Assembly: GCA_051362555.1 (NCBI GenBank)
Contig: CM120644.1
Location: 13,166,567 to 13,230,566 of the forward strand
Length of the DNA stretch: 64,000 nucleotides
Source of the DNA: Lingula anatina
Lineage: Eukaryota; Animalia; Brachiopoda
Direction: 5' to 3'
Shown: piece after piece, positions 13,723 through 25,970 of the stretch
How positions within the stretch are numbered: the stretch's first letter is position 1
Layout of the letters: every line of letters starts with the position of its first letter
Notes under the pieces: generated by a model
Told to the model about the DNA's origin: nothing
Seen by the model: the letters and a program-made list of their open reading frames with translations, nothing else
Databases searched by the model: none
Translations under genes and position numbers: made by a program

Positions 13723-16509
13723 ATGTGCATTTGTTTAAGTGGCAAGTAGCAACATTTTGAAATGTGTGTGTCATCAAAGAACCCTCTCGCTATAAAACAA
13801 AGTATTATTTTTTCACTTATTATTTCGCACCTCTACAAAGATCGGGAGGCATATTTTAATAATATTTGAATATCTGATGCCAAATCTTTCGAATCAGTTA
13901 CATATCTGGTGATTAATTTCTTTTCGATAGTCAACCCCGACACATACCATTTGCATAAAACATCCACTCAAACGCAAGTTGGATACTTAATTATTAATGT
14001 TAATAAAAAAATTACATAACAGTGATATAGTTTATGTTAAATTAAAGGAACAGCATACGGAATATTGAAGGATGGAGTGCCGATCTTCAATATTTCAAAC
14101 CTCAGCATAGAATTGGCACAGATAATGCGTTCCCGTATCATGACCGAAGTGAACTTATTTAGTAACAGATCGAGGGGGCGAACAAAGACAGATTCCTCAG
14201 TGTGCCGATATTTGACGCCATCAGAAAAAAAAAGAGTCCTTTCTAATCCAATCAAACGAATTTATAGACGTGCGATCAGAGATAAAGCTAGTGGCGAACA
14301 TTTATTTTTGCTTTCCCTAATTGATTTACAGCTTGCACCAGGTATAGGCCAGTGCGCTGTATTAGCTATCAGAAGAGGGTGTACCGAGTTACATCAAGAG
14401 AAGAATGTATATTGGGATGGAAGGTCCCAGATGCATTTGACTGTTCTCAAAAGTCTTTAATTGTTACATGAACAATGTTGGATACGGAGTTCAAGTCAAC
14501 TGTCCTCTGACGTCATTGTCTCTTATATTGCATTGCCAAATAAGAACAGCGCTGGAGGTACTGGAATCGAACAGGTGAAATTTTTATTAATTTATTTATT
14601 TTTTTTAAAAAAGACGAAAGAAAGAGCACCTTACAGAGCACTCTCACCATTTGCTTGATGGAAAATGTTGCAAAACGTCCAATAAACTGATGCTTGCAAC
14701 ATCTTGTGCCATATGGAATAAGTCTTGAAACGACAAAGATGATAACGCTACACGCAAATGAACATAAAACGAAAAACTCATCCGTCTATGTCATTGAAAA
14801 CAAGACGATTATAAACATTTTTCCGTGAAGCGCATGAGTCTTGATTGCTTTGAATTAAGAACAGACGTTTTTCTTCAAAAACGAATAAACGAAATAGCCT
14901 CACGGGTGCGGGGAACACATTCAGAGGGCCGGGCTAATTAAGACACTTTCTTTGGCCACCAGTATAAACCGGGAATGTTACAAAAAGGACCATAAAACCT
15001 GCACGCTCAGTGAACCCGAGTCTTTGAAAGCACACTTAAAACAACAGTTTCTTAGAAACCACGGTAATCGCGCTTATAAAATGGAAAATTTTCCCGAGGC
15101 AGAACAGTTATCTTCCGGTTAGCGGACAGTGGGATAGGAAAACATCGCACAAATAATGCACCTTGCGCGCATACTGGCGTCATTAGCTGCAATCATCCGT
15201 AAGATTATAGCTTTCAGGCTTCACCTGATTCGACCCGGCCCCCATAAGAACGCGATCAAACGTAAATCCTCTGATTATTTAATAATACCAATTTTCCTGG
15301 TCACCACCAGAAAACTCCACCCCCTTGCTTCAGATCCAGAAGGTCATGCATGCGCGGTTCCGTCTCCAACGGCCTCAACGGACGTGTAGCCTTCAGCAAA
15401 GAAGAACTGTCCTTTGCAGGGATCCGTTTAATAGAGATCTTTTCTGAGGATGGTTCGAAAATAGTAATCCAAAGTTTCTTGCACGGTAGGTAGTGCATCG
15501 TCGTATTAGCTCTTGCTGTTAGGTTCAGAGGGTGTTGTTGCAATGGGGTGGGTTGCAGATGGTGATTGCATTTAATTGATGATGATTTAGTTGCATTATG
15601 TGTATGTGTATGTATGTACGTGTCATATGCACACAGCTTTTCAATACCCTCTAAAAATACACGTTACATGTACATTATACGTGATAAAGTTCTTCTTCTT
15701 CGCGTGCCATCACCGATGCAGTGTTTGACAAACGTTGATATTTTGCCAAAGGGTTCTGTTTCTCGCTCATTACCAAAGGTGTCTTGTTGGTTATTCAAAA
15801 TCAGTAATTCAATACAGTTCACAGGGGTATTTTTATATGAGATATTACATTGAATGGGGTTTGTCTTAACTGCGTGCATGGTGACTAAAGACTAATAGAA
15901 TACTCCCCCAGGAGTCGATGCACTAATGGTATCTATTTACAAAAACACGTCCGGATAAGTATTATTAAATCGAAATACAATGTTTCAAGAAGCAGGCGTT
16001 GATATTGCTTTTCAATTGTCTGTATATTTCCTGAAGCAATTATCCGGTCTTGTCAGTTCAACGGTGTTGTTGACATTGATTATATTGGTTACATGTATGT
16101 GATTATTCTTAAGTGGAGTTAAATCAACAAAAATGCGCCCAAACTCTTTGCTGAGTTGTTGCAATAAAATGCGTGAAATTCAAAGGTTAGGAAAGCAATG
16201 ATGAGATCTTTAAACCATGTTCAACGAACTATACCGTTGCGTGATAATGGGCAATGGATCTATGTATCGCTCGCCATGCGCTGCAGAATTTATGGCCTTT
16301 TTGCATGCTCAAAAAAAAAAAAAAAAAAAAAAAAAAACGATGTGTGCATTTGGTATTTATGTAACTACACTTTTTGAAGTGGTCAACGATAGAGGAGAGT
16401 ACCAGTAAGGGAGAGGGAGAGAGGAGGACAGGGAACTTATTTCATACTGGGCATGAGCAGGTATGGCAGATGCCTTTAATTGGGTTTATCACAATAAGCT
16501 TGTTACATA

Positions 16510-17160
16510 CCCTTAGCAAAATGAAAAGTTTGCAGCAAACTTGCAAAAAATTTGCAGCAAATTTGCTGCAAACCAAATAGTTTGCAAGAAACTGTTTGCA
16601 GGTTGTTGCAAGAAAAATCACAGTTGTTGCAAATTTGCTGCAAATTTGCAGAAAGATTAAAAGTTTGCAGGTAGTTCGCAAGAAAACTATCATTTTCTAG
16701 CAAATTCGCAGCAAATTTGCAAGAAAGCTTCTATTTTCTTGCAAATTTGCAGCAAATTTGCAAGAAGACCCTCATTTACATAAAAGTTTGCTGGATGTTT
16801 GCAAGAAAGACTATACAGTGTTGCAAATTTGCAGCAAATTTGCAAGAAACTGCTCATTTACATAAAAGCCTGAAGAAAGTTTGCAAGGATAAATATACCC
16901 TGTTGCAAATTTGCAGAAAATTTGCAAGAAAACCTTCATTTACATAACATTTTGCAGGAAGTTTGCAAGAAAGACTAACATTGTTGCAAATGCAGTAAAT
17001 TTGCAATAAACTCCTCATTTACATAAAGGTTTGCAAGAAACTCAGCTTTTATACACACCAAGTTGATTCATTTGCAAGAAATTGCAAGAAATTGTTTCAT
17101 GTTTGCAGCAAATTTGCAAATTCTTTTTCATATAAAAGTTTGCCTGAGTTTTGCAAGAAA
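16510..17160. repeat. Left TIR and subterminal repeat field (TTTGCAGCAAATTTGCAAGAA variants)
   Basis: Many direct and inverted copies of GCAAATTTGC/TTGCAA palindromic cores; identical at 53202..53852. Confidence 0.9.
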
Positions 17161-17454
17161 GTCCATACCTTTTTTTTACTAACATACAGTTAAATTAATG
17201 ATGTTTGCACTGAGCATGGGTGTCAGGAAGTGCCATTTTCAAGCCAAAATATTAGTATTAAGTTTTAAAAAAAAAGGCCAAGTTAACTAACAGCTTATGA
17301 GATTTTTGCATGAAACTAAGAAATTTATAAACTTTAGTTTATGAGAAGTCTGAAGACACCTGAAGACACTTAGACATTTGTTAATAGTTTGGGAGAAGTT
17401 TGCAAGATGACATTTACTTAGTTTGCATCAAATTTTCGAGATATTCAGCAGTCT

Positions 17455-17927
17455 ACTTACAGTTTGCGATAAGTTTGCAAGAAACTTAGACATCAACTTA
17501 CAGTTCACAAGAAGTTTGCAAGAAACTTAAACAATTACTTACAGTTCGCGATAACTTTGCAAGAAACTTAGACAATTACTTACAGTTCGCGATAAGTTTG
17601 CAAGAAACTTAGACAATTACTTACAGTTCGCGACAAGTTTGCAAGAAACTTAAACAATTACTTACAGTTTGCCATAAGTTTGCAAGAAACTTAGTCAATT
17701 ACTTACAGTTCGCCATAAGTTTGCAAGAAACTTAGACATCAACTTACAGTTCACAAGAAGTTTGCAAGAAACTTAGACAATTCCTTACAGTTCGCGATAA
17801 CTTTGCAAGAAACTTAGACAATTACTTACAGTTCGCGACAAGTTTGCAAGAAACTTAGACAATTACTTACAGTTCACGATAAGTTTGCAAGAAACTTAGA
17901 AATTAACTTACAGTTCGCAAGAAGTTT

Positions 17928-17930
<3 letters not shown>
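17455..17930. repeat. 41-bp tandem array, ~12 units, inside transposon copy 1
   Basis: Consensus ACTTACAGTTCGCGATAAGTTTGCAAGAAACTTAGACAATT. Unit starts fall at 17455+41n up to 17906, followed by an A38 tract and a partial further unit. Confidence 0.95.
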
Positions 17931-17970
<40 letters not shown>

Positions 17971-18399
17971 GCTATTTGCTTACAGTTTGCAAAAAACTTA
18001 TAAAAATAGAAATTAACTTTTTTTTTTGAAATAATCAAGATTTAGGCATTTGAAAACTTCTTTTCCATTCTCGAAACCATCCTTACTCAAACTAACAAAA
18101 TTGTACTAAAAAAAAAAAAACAAACAATTCATGTTCAGTTATGGATTTTGCCCACTTTTTGGCCAAATTTATTTATTTACATAACCCCACATAAAAAAAT
18201 AGTTCCAAAGGTTTATATAAATGATTATTTATTCATAATAACATTTGTATTTGATATAATTTAAGTTCTTATGTATTATTATCAAATTAATACTTTGATT
18301 TACTGCTTATAATACCGAGTAACCAGGATGATGTTAAGATTTCATAGGGTTTTCATGATTTAGGCAGATTTGGAGCAATACTGAATTATGATGTAACCC

Positions 18400-18893
18400 A
18401 CCAACTATCAATGAACATAAAAATCAACACTACAGGGGATGACATTCCTGAGAAGTACTTCTTAAAAACAAATAAACTCTTTAGCCCAGGGTGAGTTTGC
18501 AAACCAGTGTATACTGATGAGCATGTGAAGATCACTTAATTGACTCCCAGTAATTGCATGGGCAGTGGCATACAGAAAAATGAGCAAAATACTAAGGTGC
18601 ACTGTCAAGTTATGATCAGGGTAAATTGGTTTGTCACATGGGTCATCACAGGTATCTCCATTGAAATCACCATCACAGTGCACTTCATTACTCAACTCTT
18701 CTTCGCTATAAGAGAAGTTAGGACCACAGTTTTCTTTGCCATTGTCATTTTCACAAACTTCTTTTAGTTGTGTTATTGTGTCAGATATGTCACATATAGC
18801 TGTTGCTTTAATATTCTGTACATCCAACTCTTTGGCATTCTCAGGATAAGGTCTTTATCTTTTGGGTCTCACTCTACCAAGTTGGTCAGCCAT
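18400..18893 (-). pseudogene. Decayed N-terminal fragment of an EnSpm/CACTA-type transposase
   Basis: A splice acceptor precedes ATG 18893, which reads MADQLGRVRPKR*RPYPEN, then an acidic stretch, then KPIYPDHNLTVHLSILLIFLYATAHAITGSQLSDLHMLISIH. After a frameshift it continues (C)LQTHPGLKSLFVFKKYFSGMSSPVV. This resembles the 'P-LY...LT....L.DLL.LI..HC......SL..FKK.F' N-terminus I recall from animal EnSpm transposases. No catalytic core is visible. Confidence 0.65.
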
Positions 18894-19400
18894 CTTGTCT
18901 AAAAAAAATAAGAAAAAAGAATTATGAAAAATATATGTCACAATAAGCCTAGATTGATCAAATTTATTATAACAGGTCTCATTGATTAAAAAAAGATGTA
19001 CATTTTCAGTCCCCATTTACTATAGATTACTAAGTAGCATTGTATTCAAAGCAGAAAGATTCTCATTTCATTATATAGCACCTACATAAACAAACTGATT
19101 TCTATCTAAGCAAAGAACAGTGGTCCTTCAATTGAAATGCATACTAGTAAGGGTGGAACTTCAAATTCAGTGTCCTTGACACATCTGGTCTTTCAAATTT
19201 TCATGGATAATTACAGTGCAGCAGAATGGCTGTTTGGTTCTTTTATGGAAACTACACACCTGAGAGATAATTAACTGTGTAAGCAGACCAACATATTACA
19301 CACTGATTCTTATCTGAGAGGTCTTTCAATTCAATTTGTTAAATCTCTAAGCCCTGTGGTTCATCAGAATGAAACAATGAAAGAATTAAATGCAAATTAT

Positions 19401-19457
<57 letters not shown>

Positions 19458-22400
19458 AGCAAACCCATGCTTATTAAGTTAAGTTGCATATATTCCTTTT
19501 TTCAATTATTTGTCCTTCTTGAAAAGTAATCATTATACTTGGATCCTCGGTTTTCAGGATTTTTAGCTTACATAATTAGTGAAGTATGAATAAAGTTTTA
19601 TTTACAGTTATTTGTGCATTGATTATCTAATTTTCCTCGACTTTAACACCCCCCCTCCCCAATCCGACATTCTTAATAGTAAAAATGTATTTCTGCTTAA
19701 GCATGCTGTGGAATGGACATTTAAGAATAAAACCCTAGATGTCACTCAAATCATGTAATTCACAGGCTCTTAAACTCTAATTAGTGCCTGAATACCTTTA
19801 AATTTCTTCTGCTAGTTTGTACATTGATAGTCTTCATATAGCAATACATGTATATATTCCTTTTGTCTGTGGTATTGGCTTGTTCGAATAGAATTGCACT
19901 GTAAAATTATCAAGTAAATGTTGATAGTCCTTAATGCTAGAAAATTATATTTCCCTTGGCACTTGTTATTATTTTCTGAATCTTTTCTTGTAGTTTTTTG
20001 TTCTTTTTTTTCACTTTTGACCTTCAAATTTTTGCAATGTATTAAACTTATTTTTTAAGAGACACCTGCCAGATTCCCCCACCATCCCCCCCATTCAAGT
20101 CTCTGACATGCTTATCTTGCAAGATGCTGAGAGAAAGGATGAAACCTGTTCACACCTGACTGTTAATAACTGATCTGTATCTAGGTAAAGATCATGGACC
20201 TTAAAATTCCTACTTGCTAATTAGAGAAGCATTTAACAACAAACAAGTATCTATCCCTTAAGGTACATACTGTCTTTCAACAAGCTTAGCTGAACAATTC
20301 CACTTCTAAGAGTATTTACAGGTCATCAAAGCTTAATGTGACTACAACTCAATTTTAAATTCTATATTATCTGACAGATATTTTAGGACTACCTAAGCTA
20401 TTTAGCTTCACTGGATTATAATGGATTCAATTAAAAGCATTTCACTTCCTGACAAATAACCCAAATGACTGTAGAAGGGGTTCTAATAATGGAAAATTGC
20501 ATTTTGTTATGCATATACCTAGAGACATCAAAATTTTATCAATTTTAGGATGCATAAATGGTAAATTTTTGCCACAAAAGCTCACCAATTGCTAGTAAAA
20601 ATTTTAAATAGTACTAAGATAATTACCGCAAGACATCATTCAATACTGCCCGAAAAATGATATTTGAACAATATTTTCTGCTAGCTTGCTATGCCGATAT
20701 AATCCAGGCAGATAAGTAAGATATGTACTTGTATGTTAAATTTTCAGCCAAAATTTAAAATAAGGAGCAGTTAAAAGCTCCTTTCTGCTGATCAAGTGAT
20801 TTTTCCTTGTCATGTCTAATAAATTATTCTAGTTGTATAACAAACTAGTAGAAGTAGTTAATAAGCATTTACTGAGAATCCATGTTTCACCACACTCAGT
20901 TCAAAATGTACCTTTAACTATGGTAATATACACAGAAACCTACAGCTAATTTTATTAGATTTTGTTAAACTAGAATAAACTAAATAGGGAATGACAGTAG
21001 ACAAGGGTAATATTTTATACACAGTTAAGTATCAAACTGTCATGTCTTAAGAAACACTAAAGGGAATCCTCCTTCCAAATTCTTAGTTGACACTCACTCT
21101 TATAAAGGTGACAATTTTCAATTGGACGACAACTATCTGAAATGCTCAGCCCACAAGATGTGCTGCTAGCAAGGAAGAGCCCTATTCACACCTGATTGTT
21201 AATTACTATAGCACTGATCTGTATCAAAGATTCGGGGACTATTGTAAAGTGAATAATAATTTGTTGTTTAGGACAAGCAAGTCCCCATCTCCTAAGACTC
21301 AAACTGTCTCTTAATAAGCTTTCCTAAACAATTCCACTTTGAAGAATACAGCACAGCAGAGCCTAATCTAACTGTAACTCAAAAATTTAATGTAACCTGA
21401 CATATAAGTACATTTGGGCTATTTAACTTCACTGGATTGTTATAGACTTGATTTAAAATGTCATCATTATTTGACACAAAGCTAAAATGTAAGCAGAAAA
21501 GATGCTTTTAATGTAAAAATGCATTTTATATGGCATTTATCAGTTTTAAGACATTAAAATTATTTAACTTTTATCAATGTCAATTCATAAAAAATACACA
21601 AACCAAATGCTCCTTTTAATAAAACAATGTAAACATAATATAAATCTGATGGTAACTTAGGAATGGAAAGAAAAAAAAGTAATATTTACTAACACTCACT
21701 ATTTAAACAATGTATCAAACTGTTTCGTGCTGTTTTTAATTTTTTTCTGAAGAGACACCTGAGAGACCTCCTACATTCAAGTCTCTGTTGACACCCACTC
21801 AAATATTGCGATGATAATTTTCAATCATCTGATAACTATCTTGCTAGATAAGCTGCTACGTACCTTTCACTGCATGGTTTGCTAGTATTGCTGGGATTCA
21901 TCTTCCGCGAAATAAAGACACGCGCAGCCTTGACGACTTTTCAACAATTCCACCCCAGTAAACAATAGTTGGTCTGGATGCAGGAGCAGATCTGTAGTGG
22001 TGTTGGCAGAATCTACCTTTTCTAATAGTTAGATCAAATTTAAGATTCTTGGTCCACGGAGCTCTCATGAACAGCGATTATCAATTCAATTCAATTTATT
22101 CAATTCAATTCAATTTATTTCTGTACTGGTACATAGATTGTCATGACCTTGTACAATATGATATACAAATGATGATACAATACAGTTAGTGTATTACCAT
22201 CTTTATATAATGAAGATAAGTACTAGTAAAATTACTCATAAAATATTCTATCTAAGCATTGAGATAAACCTTGGTGTGATTATAAATTTACCATAAACAT
22301 ACTATAAACATGTTACACAAAAAGAATATGTTTTTAAAGAACTTAAAACCACCGTTACATAGCTGTTTACATGGCTGTTTGATGACATTGATAATTACGA

Positions 22401-22887
22401 TTAATGACAATTACATAAGACATATAAGTAAATAAGTTACACAGATATAAATATTGTGCCATGTTCAGTCCCACTGCCGAGTCACTTCTCACAACAGTGG
22501 GACCATACACTGACATTTTAAGGGATATGCTAAGAGTTACCAAGCAGAGCAACCACTATCTGACAACCGGAAATGGTCATGAAAACGACTAATCGTGATA
22601 GGTTGATGCGCCATCTGATGCATCACGGGAAATTTTGAAGAAGAAGACGGTTTGAGATTTACCGGCAGCTGATTTTAAGTTGGTGTAACCAGTTAGAAAT
22701 TATTATGCGTTGATTGCAAAGCCAGGTGAGTGCAAAGGTTAATCAGAACGTTTGATTCAAGATAGGATTTTACTACACTCAGAGAATTCTCATCATGCCT
22801 GCGAGTAGAAAGTAGAAAGTAAACCGATTCTAAATACAGTTCTAGTATGGGGGCGCTAGTATGGTACTTGTTGGGAAGGCCATCTCG

Positions 22888-22914
22888 TTCTCTCTCTCTC
22901 TCTTTCTCTTCTTA

Positions 22915-22972
<58 letters not shown>

Positions 22973-22981
22973 CTTTTCCCC

Positions 22982-23018
<37 letters not shown>
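22888..23018. repeat. Interrupted (CT)n tract inside the transposon (also ~59579..59709)
   Basis: Read directly; the translated ORFs over the tract are identical in both copies. Confidence 0.9.
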
Positions 23019-23022
<4 letters not shown>

Positions 23023-23547
23023 CGGTTGAATAAGTGTGTAACTATATTCTTTTTAAATTATAGAGACGTGGATTACTATTGGTTTTGACAAGGATGGAGT
23101 TGTATCAGTGGAAGACGTTTCGAAGTTTGAGAGGGAGGAAGAGTAAGAAGGGGAAGTCCCTACTGTTGGAGAGACACTCATGGCTCCTTGGGATGGTTGC
23201 ATGTATTTGGCAAAAGTGATTTACATTTAGTGGTAAGTGTATTCTCAATTAGTATAGTTTGCTTAGGTGAAATAAATTCAAAGGGCAGAAGGGTTCATAC
23301 GGCACTTAAGGTACATATTTACAGAGCATCGCTGTAACATGGATTTCCAGTAACACATATAAACTACTTCTTCAAATTTCCTAATTACTCAAATAAATTT
23401 AACATGACAAGGGGTAAACTGAATAAGTCACCAGATTGGTCATTAAAGAGCTTTAGACTGCTCCTTTCTTTAAATTTTTGGCCAGAAATTTAGCCTTTTT
23501 TCATGACCTATTATTATTATTTTTTTTTTTATTTATTTATTATTATT

Positions 23548-25970
23548 GGGTCAAAACACGGTAACGGTGCCATGGGTGTCAAATTTTTTTTTGTTTCATT
23601 GAAATTTAAAATTTTTACATTTTTGTAGAAAACAAATCAAATTTTCAGATAATGTAAGTTTCATTGATATACTCCCAGTACTTTTTCTGTGAGCCACTGG
23701 GAAACATAAAGGAAAAAAAAAATTGTCTCTGACGGGACACATGGTCATATTGGCCTGAGTCAGATATTAGGTTGTTTTTTCAAGTTTTTATCACCCAAAT
23801 ATGTTAAACTAATCAGAAGTAATAGTTTAACATAGAAAACTGCCACCTATCACTTATTTTAAGTAAAAAATTATTTAGCACTAGGAGTGGTGTGTCCCGT
23901 CAGAGACATTTGACTTCGAAAAGTTTTCATATTTTCCACATCTGGTAGGTTGTATAAATGAAACTTAAAATCCTCTTTTAAATAATGATAAGTAATGATT
24001 ATAGCTAAAAATTACAAAATTAAAACAATTTACAGTGAATTTATTGCCACATTTTATCATTGTCTCTGATGGGACATTTTCTGTCTCTGACGGGACATTT
24101 TTTGACAGATGTGAAACACGAGGTTTTACATCTTCAATTGAATCATTTTCAAGTGTTCTGGTGTGTTACATTTCTTATTTTTCTTTTGCAACCGATCATT
24201 ACTGGGTAATTCATTAACCATTACTGATTATTAGCTAGGTTGACTGTCAGTGATTAGGTGTTGACATGTGCCGTCAGAGATCATGTCAGAGCACTAGAAC
24301 TGTGAGCAGGTCATTCTGTTCACTGCATGTGCATGATTTAGAACAGAGTCTGAAGGAGACCTCCAGCTCCAACCATATTTTATGGTATCTGATGAACTGC
24401 ATCATAACAAACAGCCTGCCTTCACTTGTAATAAGGCCATTCTTGAAGACCTCCAACACCAGCATTCATTCAGCAAAGTCCATTACTGGTCAGACGGAGC
24501 CCGAGCCCCCAGTCAATTCAAAAGTTGGTTTTTACTGTCTAAACATGGTACTATCATGAGGGAGATTTTAGTATGGAAGCTCTGGTACTTTTTATACCAC
24601 TGCCCATGGCAAAGGACCAGTGGATGGGATCGAAGGGGAAATGAAACATCAGGTTTGGAGAGCAGTGCTCCAGAGAAAAATGGTTGTAGACACACCTTAT
24701 CAATTCTATTTGGCTGGCAAAGAATTATGCCCCAATGTCAACATAATGCACCAGTCTGCAGCAGATATTGTAGCAGCTACCGCGCCCATCAGCAGTCGCT
24801 GGGAAAACTGTCCATCTGTTCCAGGAATTCAACACTTCCAACAGCTTCAGCCCCAGCCCCAGACCCGTGGACATGTTCTTGTGTCAACCAATTCTTTGTA
24901 CCAGCAACCCTCTTAATATGCTAAACTTATTCATATGACTGTGGACTTAGATTTGCCTGCACATCCGCACTATGACAATGTCGGTCAAGGCACAGCTCAG
25001 TCTCACCAGGGAGATTTTGTCATTGCGGAGTTTGCTGCCAGGAAAGGAGTAAAACAATTCTTAGGTCAGGTCATCCATGACACTAAAGACGGCAAAGTGA
25101 AAGTCAGTTTCTTACGTACTGAAGGTTCTGGCAAAAGAAACTTTGTGTACCCTGCCACAGAAGACAAAGCATGGATTCCCATAAAAGATGCAAAGGAAGT
25201 CCTTCCAATGCCTAGCATAGACACTCGTGGACTTAACTTGTTTCCATCACCTGTTAAGGTGACTGGTTGAAAAAATCTCTAAAGTGCAGAAAAGATATGT
25301 GTTCTAAGACTAATTAAAAAACAGGAATTATTATGTGAACTATCATGGACAATGTTGATTGATATTGAGAAATTATACTGTGCCTTATCGCTGTGTCATG
25401 ATAATTAATTAATGTTCTAAACATATTGCATCTGGTGATTTTTCTAATGTACAGAAATGCTATTTTGCAATAACCATCAAGTAAGATTCATTGGATACAA
25501 AAATGTGGCTTTTTAAACCTCTTTTCTAAGATTTTTCAATAGTGCCCAAAAGTGTCCCGTCAGAGACGTCCCGTCAGAGACAGTGACTTTTTACACTTAA
25601 CAGCCTATGCTGCCAAGGAAAGTAAACAAAACTGGCCTGTTTGTGCATTAACTGCTTCCCAAGACTTGTACCTTGCAATATGAATCACAAAAGTCTTGAT
25701 TAAATGAAATTTCAAAGAGAATTTTGCATTGGAGTTTTAGTAAAAAAATACAGGGGTCAAAAATGTCCCGTCAGAGACAGACCTTTAAGTGATTGTCATT
25801 CCCACATTAATTTCAATACAAATTAGCTGCTTGTTTTACATAATCCTTTATGGTCTAGCTAAATAAAAATGTATTTAAAAGTAACCATGTGGATCGTTTA
25901 CCAACTGTAATTTTTAAAATTGTCTCTAAAATGTCCCGTCAGAGACATTTCAAATACCGTGTTTTGACCC
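23548..25970 (+). mobile_element. Sola2-like DNA transposon (2423 bp, internally deleted)
   Basis: Perfect 16-bp TIRs GGGTCAAAACACGGTA / TACCGTGTTTTGACCC. TATT (extendable to TATTATT) is duplicated on both flanks. About 9 copies of the TGTCTCTGACGGGACA motif occur in both orientations. GRG termini and a 4-bp TSD fit Sola2. Confidence 0.8.
24304..25270 (+). pseudogene. 5'-truncated, frameshifted Sola2-type DDD transposase
   Basis: Reads EQVILFTACA*F..MVSDELHHNK..VHYWSDGA(RA)PSQFK, then after a frameshift FYTTAHGKGPVDGIEGEMKHQVWRAVLQ. A C-terminal domain follows: GDFVIAEF..FLGQV..VKVSFLR..FVYPATEDKAWI..LPMP. The SDG..QFK and HGKG..DG motifs are typical of Sola2 transposases. Confidence 0.8.

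Noticed and set aside
16442-16947. ORFs rich in CKFAANLQ/LQQICK motifs (also 28285-28869 and 53140-53639)
   Set aside because: They are translations of the palindromic subterminal repeats and are open in several frames on both strands.
17455-17930. CRISPR-like appearance of the regular 41-bp array
   Set aside because: Units are head-to-tail with only a few variable bases. There are no unique spacers and no cas genes, and the context is eukaryotic.
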